Below are positions 10,212 through 22,574 of a DNA stretch of 64,000 nucleotides, in pieces. The DNA is from Mantamonas sphyraenae STR306 (taxonomy: Eukaryota > Protista > CRuMs). Numbering within the stretch: the stretch's first letter is position 1; every line of letters begins with the position of its first letter. The translations under genes and the position numbers were made by a program. The stretch spans positions 248,001 to 312,000 of the forward strand of contig JAPMXV010000004.1 in NCBI GenBank assembly GCA_026936335.1. Reading direction: 5' to 3'. The notes beneath the pieces were generated by a model. It was not told the origin of the DNA and made no database searches. It saw nothing but the letters and a program-made list of their open reading frames with translations.

Positions 10212-13200
10212 TCATGCTTCATTCGTTGTCTCTTCAAACAAACTGCCCCCCAATGCCTCATCCTCTTCCTCCAGCGTGTGCAGACCCGTCAGATCAATGC
10301 CCACCACACCAAACGCCTCCAGCTGCCTCTTGCACGCATCTCGCTCGTCTCGCACACGCCCAATCTCCCGTTCCTTCTCCTGCAGACGCTTCACCAGTGT
10401 CATGATCTCTTCGTCGCTGCGGTCCAGCGCAGCCATCGCCTGACCCAACCTGTTCTGCAGATACCCATTCTCCACCTCACACGCTCGCAACTTCCGCAAC
10501 GCCTCACTCAGCTGCTGTCGCAGCCGGTTGAACTTGGCCGCCGCCGCCTGTTCTCGTGCCGTCGGCCCACGTCCAGCACGCCGTGCAAGCTTCTGTCGTT
10601 CCTCCTCTTGCTCCACTGCATACGACATTGACAGCAGCTTGTCGTTCTCCTGTCGCAACGCCTCGTTGCTCGCGATTGCCACCGCCAGCTTGCGTTCCAA
10701 GTAATCTGCTTCGCTTTCGTGTGCCACACGGTCGCTCGCCCGTTCGCCCAGGCGGCTGCGTGTGCTGTGAGCTTCTCTTTCACGCTCCATCTCCGTCTCT
10801 GCCTCGACTGCCTTGGTTTCCATCGCCCGGGCCGATGCAGTCGCCTCCTCCGCCTCCCTGCGCAAGTGCTCCACCGCCAGTGCATGCTCTTTGCTGCGCG
10901 TGTCCAGCTCCGCCTCCAATTCCCGCACTCGCTGGCGCACGTTCTCCCTCTCCTCCCGCATAGCCTCGTACTCGCCCTTCAGCCTTCCGTGCGCTTCTGC
11001 CAGCTCTCGCACACGGTTCTCCAATGCCCGTTTGTCCTCAACCGCAGACGCCAGCGACGCCGCAGACGCCATCGACGCTTCCAGCGCATCCAAGTCGCTC
11101 TCCACGCCAGAGCCACGCCGTTCCATGTACGCCTGGCTCGCCCGCTTGCGCAGTTTTTCTTGCGCCTCCTGCAGCCGCCGTTTCTCAGACTCCAGGTTCA
11201 CCTGCGCCAGGCGCATCTCCTCCAGTTCCTCTCGCAGACGTTTGTTCTCCCCCTGCAACACACGGTGCTCCTGCTCCCTGTGTTCGCACTCGCTTTGCAA
11301 CTGCACAGTTTGCTGCTGCACGTTCTCCACCTTCAGCTCTGCCATGCGCAGCGATCGTTCCAGCGACGCTGCACGTGCCTCGGCGTCCTTTGCTCGTGCA
11401 CGGCTGTTCTCCGCAACCATACTTCCCCGCTCACTCGCAAACGACACCGCCGCCGCCTTGCTCTCCTCCGCCTGCCGTGTCTGCATCTCCAGCTCCTGCA
11501 CATGCATCCTGTGCTCTCGCAGTTCAGCCTCCATCTTTTCCATCTCCGCCACGTTTTGGTTCATCTCTTCCAGCATTGCAGCCTCACGCTCCTCCGCCTC
11601 CTTTGTACGCCGCGTCGCCGCATCCACCTGCTTCTGCATCGCACGCACACGCTCCTCGCTCTCTCGCGCAACCTTCAGTTGCGCTTCCGTGTTGGCAATC
11701 AGGTCTCGCAGACTCACTCCGGCCTCTTGGATGCTCTTTAGCTTCTCTTCCTGTGTGCGCCGTTCCTGCTCGCTGCGTTCCAGTGCCATCTGCACCTCTG
11801 CCAGTTTCCCTTCGTACTGTCCCCGCGTCGTCTCCAGCGCCAGTGACAGTTCCTGCTCACGTGCCTGCATGCTCATCATCATCTTTTCTCGTTGCGCCTT
11901 CATCATTCGCGTCGCCGTCGATTCCTGTGCGTTGATGAACCGCTCGTACTCCCCTTCGATCTGCTTGGCCTTCACCTCCCATTCCTCCTCTCGTGCACGC
12001 AGCTTCTCCTCCAGCGCTGCAATCGTGTGCATCTGCTCATCTCCTCCTTTTGCTTGCGTCTCCAGTGCGCTTGAGTACTCGCTGATCTGCTGGCAGTAGA
12101 TTTCACACAATGCCCCCAGCTTGTGGTTCTCCGTACGCAACAGCTGGATTTCCGCAAGCAACTCCATCTCCTCGTGGCCTGGCATCCCATCCTGTCCGCT
12201 CTCGCTGCGCAAGCGCATGTTCTCTTCCTCCTGCTTCTTGCCCAGCCGCTGCAACTCCTTCAAGGCACTCTTCAGCTGTTCCACATACTCCACGCTGTCC
12301 CGCAGCCTCGCCCGTCCGTGCATCACCTCCTGTCGCAACTGCTCCGCTTCCATGCGTTGCAGCTCGATTGCCTCTTCGTACTCCGCACGCTCTTCCTCCA
12401 CATCCGTCGTCGCGTCCAGCAGATCGTCCAACTCGAACGACGCCATGCGTCCCACCCCTGCAAAGCGCACACTGCGTCGCCCTTCCTCCAATTCATCTTC
12501 CTCCTCATACTCCTCCTCCCTCTCCTCTGCCCTCCTGTCCCGTTCTGCAGCACGACGACGCTGTGCACGAATCGGCCGCATAGCATGCTTCACAGGCGTG
12601 TATCGCGTCCCGCTTCCCTCCTCCCCTGGCCCCTTCTCAGGCGTTTCTCGTCGCCGGCGCCTCTCCACAATCACAATGTCGTCGTACGTGTGATGCAGTC
12701 GCCCGCCGTCCACACGCTCCCCGTCCTCCCTCTCTTCGCGCTCCACATGCATACTCTTGCTGCCCAATCCCTGCACTCCCTGCTTGCGCAGCATCCGGTT
12801 CCCGTGCAGTGCCTTGTCCGCGCTCTTCAGATGCACCGCAAACGCAGAGTTCATGTCTTCCAGCTGCTGCGACCGGTTCAGCAGATCCTCGCGCTCGGCC
12901 ATCAGCATGCGGTTATCCTCCACCGTCTGCCTGTGCACTGCCTTCAGCTCTCGCAGCTGTTCCTGCTGAGCACTCTTTTCCTGCATCTCTGCCTCCAGCG
13001 CCTTGGCGGTCTTGCCCACCTCGGCATCCAGTCTGCGCTTCGCCTTTTCCAATTCCTTCAGCCTGTGTTCCAGCGCAGCCATCTTTTCTTGTGCTCCACG
13101 CTGCTCCTTGGCCATCCGTTCCATCTCCCGAGTTTTTTCTTCCACAAGCGTGCTCGTTTCCACCTCGGCGTTCTCTGCGAGCTCCAGCACCTTGTTGCGC

Positions 13201-16200
13201 TCTTCCCTATACTTGGCCCGCTCTGCTTCTGCCTTGCGTGCCTTTTGCAGCTGTCGCTTTGCCTTTTCCATCATCTTTTCCGCCTGGTTTGCATATTGTG
13301 CTTTCTCCGTCTCCAGCTCACGCAGGTGCACCTCCTGTCGCTCCAGTTTGTGTCGTGCCTGCTCCAGCTGCACACGCGTCTCCTTCAGCTCCCGTTCACG
13401 CAGTGCCAACTCGCCGCTCACCAGCTCCAGCTCTGTTTCCAGATTCGTCACACGCCCGCTCAGCTCCTCCTTCTCGCCCTTCAGCGTTTCCACCTGTGCG
13501 TCCAACGCCTTGATTTGCTTTCGCTGCTGATCTGCCAACGCCGCTTGCTCACGTTCCTGGGTCGCACGTGATCCCAGCTCTGTGCGCATCACCCCTGTCT
13601 TCTTCTGGAACTCCTTCAGTCGCACCTGCTGCTTGCCCAGCTGCATCTCCTGTGCCTGCACCTTGCTGGCCAGCGCTTTGGCCTCCTTCGTAGCCGCCTC
13701 GCTCTTTTCCTGCAGCACATCCCGCTCCCGTGTCGTCGTCTCCAGCTCTCCGCGCAGCCGCGCAACTTCCTCCGTCAGCTTTGCCTCCACCTTTGCCTTG
13801 CTGTTTTCCAACTTGCTCACCTGCTTTCGCCTCTCCTCGCTCTCCTTTGCGTACCCTTCGCTCTGCACCTGCGCACCCTTCAGCTCCCGCTTCACCTTGT
13901 TCAGCTCCACCGCCGCCGCGTCGCTCTCCTGCCTGTGTCTCGTTCGCTGTTGCTCAAAGTCCTGCTGGATTTCTCGAAGCTGTCCTGCCAACTGTCCATT
14001 CTCCTTGGCCAGCCTCGCGTTGTCCTCGCCCAACGCAGCCTTTTCTGCTTTCAACTCTTCCCATTGCACCTCCACAAACGACAGGCGCTCCTTCTGTTGC
14101 GCGCTCAGCACACTCAGCTCCTCGCGCACTTCGTTCACGTTTGCCAGCTGCTCCTGCACATCCTCCAGTTCCTCCTCCAACTTTTCGTTGCGTGCGCTAA
14201 GCTCCTGCTTGCGCGACACCACACGCTCGTGCTCCGCCTGCAGGCCACGCTCTGCCCGCTCCAGCTGTCCGTGTGCCACGCGCAGTTCCTCCAGCTCTTC
14301 CTTCAGCGCTGCCACCTCCACACGATGTTGTCTGTTCATCAGCTTCTCGTTTGCTTGCGCTTGCTCCACCTGCAGCGTCAGTGCTTCCACCTGCTCAATC
14401 GCATCGCGCAATTCCTTCAGCGACTCTTCACGCTGTTCCCACACTTGCTGCGCTTCTGCACGCAGCCCCAATGCCTCTGTTTGCAACGTCTCCAGCTGTT
14501 GCTCCTGCTGCTGGCATCGTTCCAGTAGCGACTTGGAATCGTGCTCCAGTTTCCCGTGTTCCTCGCGCAGCTCTGTCAACGCCAGTGCGCTTGCCTTGGC
14601 TGCCTCCCGCTGTTCCTCCGCCTCGGCTTGCAACTGTTCGTTTGTGGCAGAAAGCGTTTGGATGCGCTTGTCCTTGCCCACTTCCATCATTGCCACGCTC
14701 GCCTGGCGCTCTTCGTTTGCTCGCTGCAGTTGGATCAGCTGGTCGTACACTAGGTCCAGGTTGCGGTGTGCCTCCGTCATGCCGCGTCGATAGTGCTCCG
14801 CCTGCTTCTGCAGCTCTTCGCTGCTCTTGCTCAGCGCATTTACACGTTGCTGCATTCCAGCCAGCACCCGTTGACGTGAGCTCTCTTCTGACGCCTGCAC
14901 CTCCGCCACAGCCTCCATCACTGCCTCGTGGTACCCAGCACGCGCTGCCTCCATGCCACACTGTTCCACCAAACGCCGCTTCTCCACGTTGGCCAGCGAC
15001 AACAGCTCCACCTGCTGCGCTTCGCTTTCCCGCAACCGGCCTTCCAGCACACGCAGCGTCTTGTCCTTCAGCTGCAGCTCCGCGTTGTGTTCCCGCAGGC
15101 TGGCGTACAGCGTCTGCACATTCGTGTGCAGTGTGTAGTTGCTCTTGCTCAGATCCATGATCTTGGCCACCATCTGCCGTTGGCGATTCGCGCTGTTCTC
15201 TGTCAACGTCCTCTTTTCCTCCCGCTCTGCCTCCAGCTGCCTCTGCATCTCCAAGGACCGCTCCTGGCCTTGACTGTGCTCCTGTCGCATCTGTTCGTGT
15301 GACGCACGCGTCGCGTTCAGCTCTCCGGCCCGTTCCTCCAGCTGGCCCTTCAGTGATCGGATTTCCCGCTCGTTGCCCGCCACCTCCTTCTCCAGAGCGT
15401 TGACGTGTTGCTTAAGTCCACGAACCTCTTCCTGTGCTGCTGCCACCTCCTCTCGCAGCTTGCTTTCCGACTCTCGAGTGCGCTTCAGCTCGCCTTCTCC
15501 GTTCTCCATGGCCCGCTCCTGCTTCCTGCTCGCTTCCTTCACCTGTTTCACCACTGCCTTCAAGCTGCTGCTCTCCTCCTTGATCGCGTCCAGGTCTTCT
15601 GTGCGACGCCCCAGGTCCCGCTCCAGCTGACTGCAACGTTCGCGCAGCTCCCGTCGCTCCGACTCCAGCTGCACGATCTGATCCTGCATATAGTCGATCT
15701 GATCCAGCGACTGGTTCACCTCTCCCTTTAGCTCTTCCGCTTCCTCCTTCCATCGCGTCCGCTCCGACGTGCACACCTCCAGCTCTTGCTCCAGCGTCGC
15801 GTTGCGTCGCTCCAGCGCAGGCAGCCGTTCCCGGTTCTCTTTGCTCAGCTCCTGCTGCATCTGAGTCAGCGAGCGCACGCTCTCGTCCTTTCGCTCCAAC
15901 TCCAGCTCCTGCTCATGCACTTTGGCCTCGAGCGTCGCTGCACGTGCCTCCAGCTCGCCCATGTGCCGCACACGATCCTCCAGCTCGCTGCCACGCTTCT
16001 CACTGACCCCCAGTGCGCTCCTCAGCTCGGCCACTTCTGCTTCCAGATGTTTTGCCTTCTCCTGTTGCGCTGCATGCAGTTTCCTCAACTTGATCCCGGC
16101 CGACTTGACCTTTTTGTACTCGCTCCGTTTCGCTTTCATCTCCTCCATCTTGCTCTTCAGCGCCGTGTTTGCGTTTTGCAGCGTGCTCACCTGTTCCATG

Positions 16201-17949
16201 CGCTCCTTGAGCTCCCTTTGCACGGCTTCCACGCGTCCCCGCTCCTCCTCCAACGCAGCCTGGCTGGCTGTTCCCTGTCCTCCCTTGTGCATGCTCTCCT
16301 GGCCCATAACACGCAGATCCTCCACTTCCACACGCAACATCTCCAACTCTTCCTCGCGCATGGCCAGTTGCTGTTGCGCTTGCTCCGTCCGAAGGTTGGA
16401 TGCGTGCAAGTGCTCCGCCGCCTCGTCCAAAGCCGCTTGAAGCGTGCCTACCAGCGTCTCGCTCGCTCCAATTGCATTCATGGCACGCCACCTGCCGCTT
16501 GACGACGAACTGATCGAGGCATCCGACGACGTACGTCGCCTGCCGCCAAACATACCGTCCTCGTCGCTGCCGGAGCTTCTTCGTCGCGGTGATCGCGGCG
16601 CAGGCACCTGAAGGGAGTGCGATGGCTGTCCGTGATTGTGTTCGCTCGGCTGCGAGTGCGATCTTGACAGCGTGCGTTCTCTCCCTCCGTCGTGGCTGGG
16701 TGACAACGGGGACGACAGAGACGATGATGACAACGACGAAGTACGCACGGTAAGCGACGGCCTGTGCACGGCCGCAAACTTTGTCTCTTCAGCCTGCGTC
16801 AGCTGAATCTGCTCCAGCTTTGCCTCCAATTCCTCGCACTGCAATGTGCGCTGGCGCAGCTGAGTGTTGCACACACCCAGTTCCGCCTGAAGCTGCGAGT
16901 TTTGCTCCTGTACATGTTCCAGCTGCTCCTGCCAGTGTTCCAGCTGGTTCTCTGCACGCTCGCGTGCCTGTTCCAGCTGCACGCGCAGACTCTCCACGCC
17001 TCCTGCCGTCGTGTTGCCTGCACGGTCCAAGTCGCCATTCAATCGGCGCAGCTCGTCGGTCGTTGCCCTCAAATTGTCCAACTCGGCGTCCTTTGCGTTG
17101 CATCGCTCCTCCAGCAACTGTCGTTCGTTGCGTTCCAGGTCCAGCTGCTGCCTGGCATGCTTGGCCTGCTCCTGTGCCGACGCCAATTTGGTTTGCGCCT
17201 CGTTTTTCGTGTTGGTCACCGCCGCCAGCGCCTTGAGCGTGTTTTCCAACTTGGTCTTGAGGACCACGTTGGTGCGCTCCGTTTGTTGCGCCTTTTCCTT
17301 GTACTGCATCAGCTCCATGCTCAGCGCCTGCTGCCTCGCCTCGTAGTTTTCGCGTTCGTCCACAAGCTGCACACGCATACGCTCCATGGTCTGCACCTGT
17401 ACTGTCTGCGCCCGTTCCTGCTGCACATGCTCCACCTCCAGATCTGCAAACGACTGTTTCATGGCCATGTGCGTCTTGAGAAACGCCTGGTGCTTTGTCC
17501 GTTCCGACTCCAGCTCCTTTTCCAGCGATGCAATCTGCCTCTTTGACGCCTCCTGCGCCTCCTGCAGCCGCTCTGACTCCACCGCCAGCATTTCCTTGAA
17601 CCGCTGCGTCTCTTTCTCGCGGTACAGCCTGTGCAGCTCCTTCTCTTCGCTCAGCTGGACCATGGCCGCCCGCTGCCGCTCGGCCATCTGTTCGCACTCG
17701 TGTCGCAGCCTGTCCACTTGGCTCTCCAGATCCACCTTTACGTGCTGCATGGCTGCAAATCGCGTGGCCATGATTTTGTGGTCTGATTCGCCCTGGAAAC
17801 GCTCCAGACCCTCGATGGGGATTTCGCTGAGCAGCAAAGTGAACAGCTTGCGCTTCAGTGCATCGTTTGCCATCACGTGCTGCATCACCCGTCCTGTGTC
17901 TTCCAGCACACTTTGCTGTGAGTTTTCCCCCTGTATAGACTGTTGCTGT

Positions 17950-17994
<45 letters not shown>

Positions 17995-19257
17995 AACTCC
18001 TGTTGCTGTGTCCGGTGGCCCTTTGCCTGCGGCTGATGGTGCTGCGTACGACTGCCTGATCGCCCTCGCGTGTGGTTTCCATGCTGCTGCCCATCCATTT
18101 CATCAATGTGCATGTCGTCGGGCGAGCTGCTGCCCGAGCTGCTGCTGCTGCTGCTGTCGTCTCCGCTAAAGTCTTCAATGGCCCCCAGCGCGCCAATCTG
18201 GTCCCGTGGCACCATTTGGCTGGTGGCATGGCGGATGGGCACATCCAACAACATTTGACTCACCGAAGAGCGCCGTGATCCAAGCGAGTCTCGCCTAGCC
18301 GTCGACCGAGACCGCGAACGCGACCGTTCGCGCTGGACCTCGCTCTCTTCCATGATGGGGCTCATGGTAAACGAGCCACCAGAGGCTTGGCTGTCGTTGG
18401 GGCCGCGCGCACGAGCCAGTTGCTGCGCATACCTACGCTGCTGCTGTGCAGGGGACAACCCAGTTGCCCCGCCCTCTGTTTCCGTGTCGCTCCAGTCAAA
18501 CGCAGACTGTGCCAACAGCTGAGACGCCTGCACTGAAGACTCGGGCAATGGATTGGCCGATGCTGACCTGCTCAACCCCTTGCGGGGCCTCTGTGTCGTT
18601 GCAGGGTTTGGTTGGCTGATGGAAAAGCTGTTTGCTCGACGCAGCTGGTCGTTACTCCTGCGTCTGCCTTCCCCAGGGCGTCTTCCCGAATCATTATGTA
18701 CATGGTTGTCTGCAGATTGCGACGCAACCGTGGCTGAAGCGGCCCGGGCAACGGCTGCTTCGCCCCGAGGCGACAAACCGGTCGTCGTCGCGTTTCGTGA
18801 GGCCGGTCGACTTGGCGCAGGCGAGGCCTCGAAATCGCTCGAATCCGTTTCCAGATTAATGCCAAGCAACGCGGCTGCCTTATCGTGTCTCCTGGCTTGC
18901 GTTTCGTGCGCTGTGTAGTGCCGTGGATCATCCGCGTGTGTGTCAGCGGCTCGTCAACGGCAAACGGATTTGCGCGCGAGCGACATGCCCCCCTCCCCTT
19001 TCCCACGTTTCGGTCCGGCGAACGCTGCACAGAAGCAGACACACATGGGCAACACGTGCGTGCGTGGTTGTAGGTCCCTTGTGGTCACATGCACACAAAT
19101 AATACACAACCATGGCGAGCAACTCACCCGGTGTAACCGGCTCCACATCAAGGAAGGAGTCGTCTGCGTCCGATTCGTCCTCCCCCGACGCAACCATCAG
19201 CTGCTGCATGCGCTTGTTCAACGCCGTCGACCCTTCATCCGAGTCTGACGATGACAT
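10212..19257 (-). CDS. Giant coiled-coil protein (~2,940 aa) with polyQ; exon 1 19257-19128, intron 19127-18911
   Basis: 8.6 kb uninterrupted E/Q/R/K-rich heptad ORF; upstream exon MSSSDSDEG..VTPG|GTGAGT splices in frame to CACAG|CG. Confidence 0.85.
17941..17995 (-). repeat. CAG/CAA trinucleotide repeat (polyQ)
   Basis: (tgc/tgt)n run on + strand. Confidence 0.9.
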
Positions 19258-19437
19258 TGCTGCACCGATGCTCTGCCTTGCAAAACCCGAGGACCGGTAA
19301 TTCGTTTGCCTCGGCCTTCGGGATGTCACCACTGCCTGCAAGCCCAAGGCAGGCGGAAATGCTACAGAATGGGGGCTTGCAACAGTGGCAAGACGTACAC
19401 ACACACATGTGCACCTGGTCTGGATCTAAACGCTGCT

Positions 19438-19734
19438 TCATTCGTTCTCGGATTGTGCGCGGGCACTCTCCACCGCCTCCTGCCACGCATTGCACCTTGT
19501 GGTGGTATCCTGGGCATCCTTCATGACGCCTGCAAATCCCAGGACCATGGCCAGACCCATTCCTTGCACACGTCGATGCTTGGCTGGCAACAAACCGGCA
19601 AAACCTACGCCCGCTCCCAACGAGCCGATCGTGTAGCGCCACTGCATGTCCTCCATGCACTGACGGAACGATGTGTACTCTGGAACCGCCTCACCAGCTT
19701 CGTGTCCCGTTTCCCGTCCCCCGTTCTCCGTCAT
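19438..19734 (-). CDS. Small hypothetical 2-TM protein (98 aa)
   Basis: ATG ORF with two Gly-rich hydrophobic segments; head-to-head with the rubrerythrin gene. Confidence 0.55.
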   Translation of the reverse strand: MTENGGRETGHEAGEAVPEYTSFRQCMEDMQWRYTIGSLGAGVGFAGLLPAKHRRVQGMGLAMVLGFAGVMKDAQDTTTRCNAWQEAVESARAQSENE

Positions 19735-19811
19735 GCGTGTTGCAACGCAACAATTGCCGTTTCGTCTGCGTACGCCGTCGCACGCACCTCAACACCCACT
19801 CGCGCCAACAC

Positions 19812-20772
19812 ATGTCGATTGTCAGCCGCTCTACTCTCCGTATGACGTCCAAGACGGCCAGTGCCTCGTCGGTAGGTTGCCGCCGTTGTGTGTTTGCATG
19901 CCTGCTGCTGCCAACCCCCGTCGATGTTTGCCACTCACGAAAAATCCTCACCCAACCCACACAGCTGGTCTCTGGCCTGGGCATGCAGACCCGTGCCTAC
20001 AGCGACGACTATGAAGATGACCTCAAGCCGCTTGAGGGTACGCAGACGCATCAGAACCTGCTGGACTGCTTTGCTGGCGAATCGCAGGTACGCGGAGGGT
20101 TTCCGTCCAGCACCCCTTGCCTTTCTCCCGCCCCTCCTCACACACACACACACGCTCACACGTACGCACGCGCCTCCTGTGCACAGGCCAACCGCCGCTA
20201 CCAGTACTTTGCCCAGAAGGCCGATGTTGAGGGCTACCCGGATGTCGCCGCCCTGTTCCGCTCCACAGCTGAGGGCGAAACCGGTGCGTTGTTGCGGAAT
20301 GATCGCCAGCTCCTTTCTCCCCATCATTTGGCCAGCAGAGGCATCTGACATCCGACATCTGACACACACGCACGTCCATTCCATCTTTCTTCCCCCCCTC
20401 TTTCCCGTAGGCCATGCGCTGGGCCTGCTCGAGTTTCTGGAGGAGTGTGGTGACCCTGCCACCGGCGAGCCCTTTGGCTACACCGATGAGAACCTGAAGA
20501 CGTCCATCATCGCAGAGACGCATGAGTACTCGGAGCTGTACCCTGGCTGTGCTGCCACTGCCCGCGAGGAGGGCTTCCCGGAGATTGCCGACTACTTCCA
20601 GACTCTGGCGTAGGTTTGAGCACACACCACACCCACGCACCTCTGTGTTTGCTGTTTCCCCCAATTGCATGTGGATCATCGCTCACCCTGCCCTCCGCTT
20701 CTGTCCCACAGCAAGGCTGAGCGTTCGCACGCCGGTCGCTTCCAAAAGGCCCTGGACCAGCTGGATGCCTGA
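19812..20772 (+). CDS. Short (rubredoxin-less) rubrerythrin with predicted mitochondrial presequence, 5 exons
   Basis: Spliced: ..THQNLLDCFAGESQ|ANRRYQYFAQKADVEG..EGET|GHALGLLEFL..GDPATG..AETHEY..LA|KAERSHAGRF; N-terminus is Ser/Arg-rich and ends TRAYS. Confidence 0.9.
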
Positions 20773-20881
20773 TTGTGATCGTCTTCAATGAAAATGTCAC
20801 ATTCCAACCCACCCCTGCCTTCTTCTTGCATGCGTTGCCTTGAGCGAACGTTGGGCACGCTGTGTCAACCAACCCGACACG

Positions 20882-22541
20882 ATGTCCTCGTCTGCGCTCA
20901 ACTTCAAGAACGTGCCGCCGCAAGTGCCAGTGGACGATCTCTTGAAGCATGTCAAGGTGCTCCGCCAAATGGACACCGAAGGCGTCGATGGCTTTACCAA
21001 GGAGTATCAGGTGAGGGGCTGCCACTTCCACGGCTTCGCCGCAGCCTTGGCCTGAGGCTGTGGGCCCAGGCTGGGAAATCCTGACTTGGCAAACTGACAC
21101 GCTCTCCACCGCCTCCGGCGTCCACAGGAGGTGCTTGCAAGCACAGAGGCCGTCGAGTCGGACATCCACACACGGTACATGGTCAACACACGCAAGAACC
21201 GGTACAATAACGTGCTGCCATGTACGTTGTGCGCCGAAAGAGCGCGCCGAGAGAGGGGAAAAGGCGTGCAAACACACTCTCCACTGTTCTGACCCCTGCC
21301 CCCCACGCAAACAGACTCGGACACGCGCGTGCAGCTCCTGGCTGATGATGACGACGAACAGGACGCGTCTGTGGAAGACGCTGACTATATCAACGCCAAC
21401 TACATCAACGGCGAAGTGCCCGGCTCCGAGAGGAGGTACATCTCCACACAGGCACCCGTCGAGGCTTCCATCAGCGACTTCTGGGCCATGGTCTGGCAGC
21501 AAAACAGCAAGACCGTCGCCATGCTCACCCGTCTCGTGGAGGACAACAAGGTCAGTGTCCCTCAACACGCCGCCACACCCGGTCACCGCCTTCCTTTCGT
21601 CACCGCCGCCATTTTGCTCCGCGCTGCCGTGCATGACCCAATTCCACCTCCCTTCCCATGCTGACTCGCAGGTCCTTCCGTGCGCACAGATCAAATGCAC
21701 TCCATACTTTAGCGACAAGGAGGCCAAGGTGTACGGCGAGTACCAGGTCGGCCTGGAGAACAAGGCCGAGCTTGGCGACCTCACCGTGCGCCGCTTTGTC
21801 CTCGAACAGCTCACCACAGGCACCAAGAGGCCTGTTTACCATTATCAATACACAGGGTGGCCCGACCACGGCGTGCCCAGCAGCACAGAGGCCGTGCGTC
21901 ACATGGTGCGCCTCGTCAACGACGACCTGAGCGCCGTTGAGCTGCCAGACGGACGTGACACCCTCTTCCCGCCCAGCTCACAGTACGACGCCGACGTCGA
22001 GCAGCAGCTCACAGGTCCCATTGTGGTCCATTGCAGTGCAGGCATCGGCCGCACGGGCACCTTTATCTGCATCCACAGCGCCCTCGAACGCCTCAAATAC
22101 CACACCAGCGAAGCAAACCTCTCCCTCCTCCAATCCGTGGACAAACAAGCCCTGCTTACCAGAGAGGACAGGCGCAAACTCTCTGCAGGGTCCAATGGCA
22201 CAGGCTCCACTGCAGGAGCCTCCTCTTCCTCTTCTTCCTCCTCGTCTTCCTCCTCCAACAACAACAACGACAAGACCGACCAAGACGACGACGACGACGA
22301 CGACACAGACGTCGTTGCCGTCCTGGGCTCCGTGGACGAGCCCGTGTTTGACATTTCCAGCACAGAGTCCTATGTGACCCCGAGTGCGTTCGACGTCTGG
22401 CGCACCGTCTACCTGCTGCGCCAACAGCGGCCAGGTATGGTTCAATCGCGCGAGCAGTATGTCTTTGCTTACATGACTATTCTCGGCGAAGCCAAGCAGT
22501 GGAAGCTGCGCACCCTGCAATTGGAAGAGGTGGAAGTGTGA
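20882..22541 (+). CDS. Classical protein tyrosine phosphatase, multi-exon
   Basis: KNRYNNVLP, DYINANYI, ISTQAP, DFWAMVW, WPDHGVP, VHCSAGIGRTG, QRPGMVQSREQY. Confidence 0.95.
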
Positions 22542-22574
22542 AATTCAAATTTTCTTCTGTCTTCTGTGCTCTGT

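Noticed and set aside
10278-18036. Many long + strand ORFs opposite the coiled-coil gene, and similar antisense ORFs elsewhere
   Set aside because: Shadow ORFs from high GC and codon bias; low-complexity S/C/R translations
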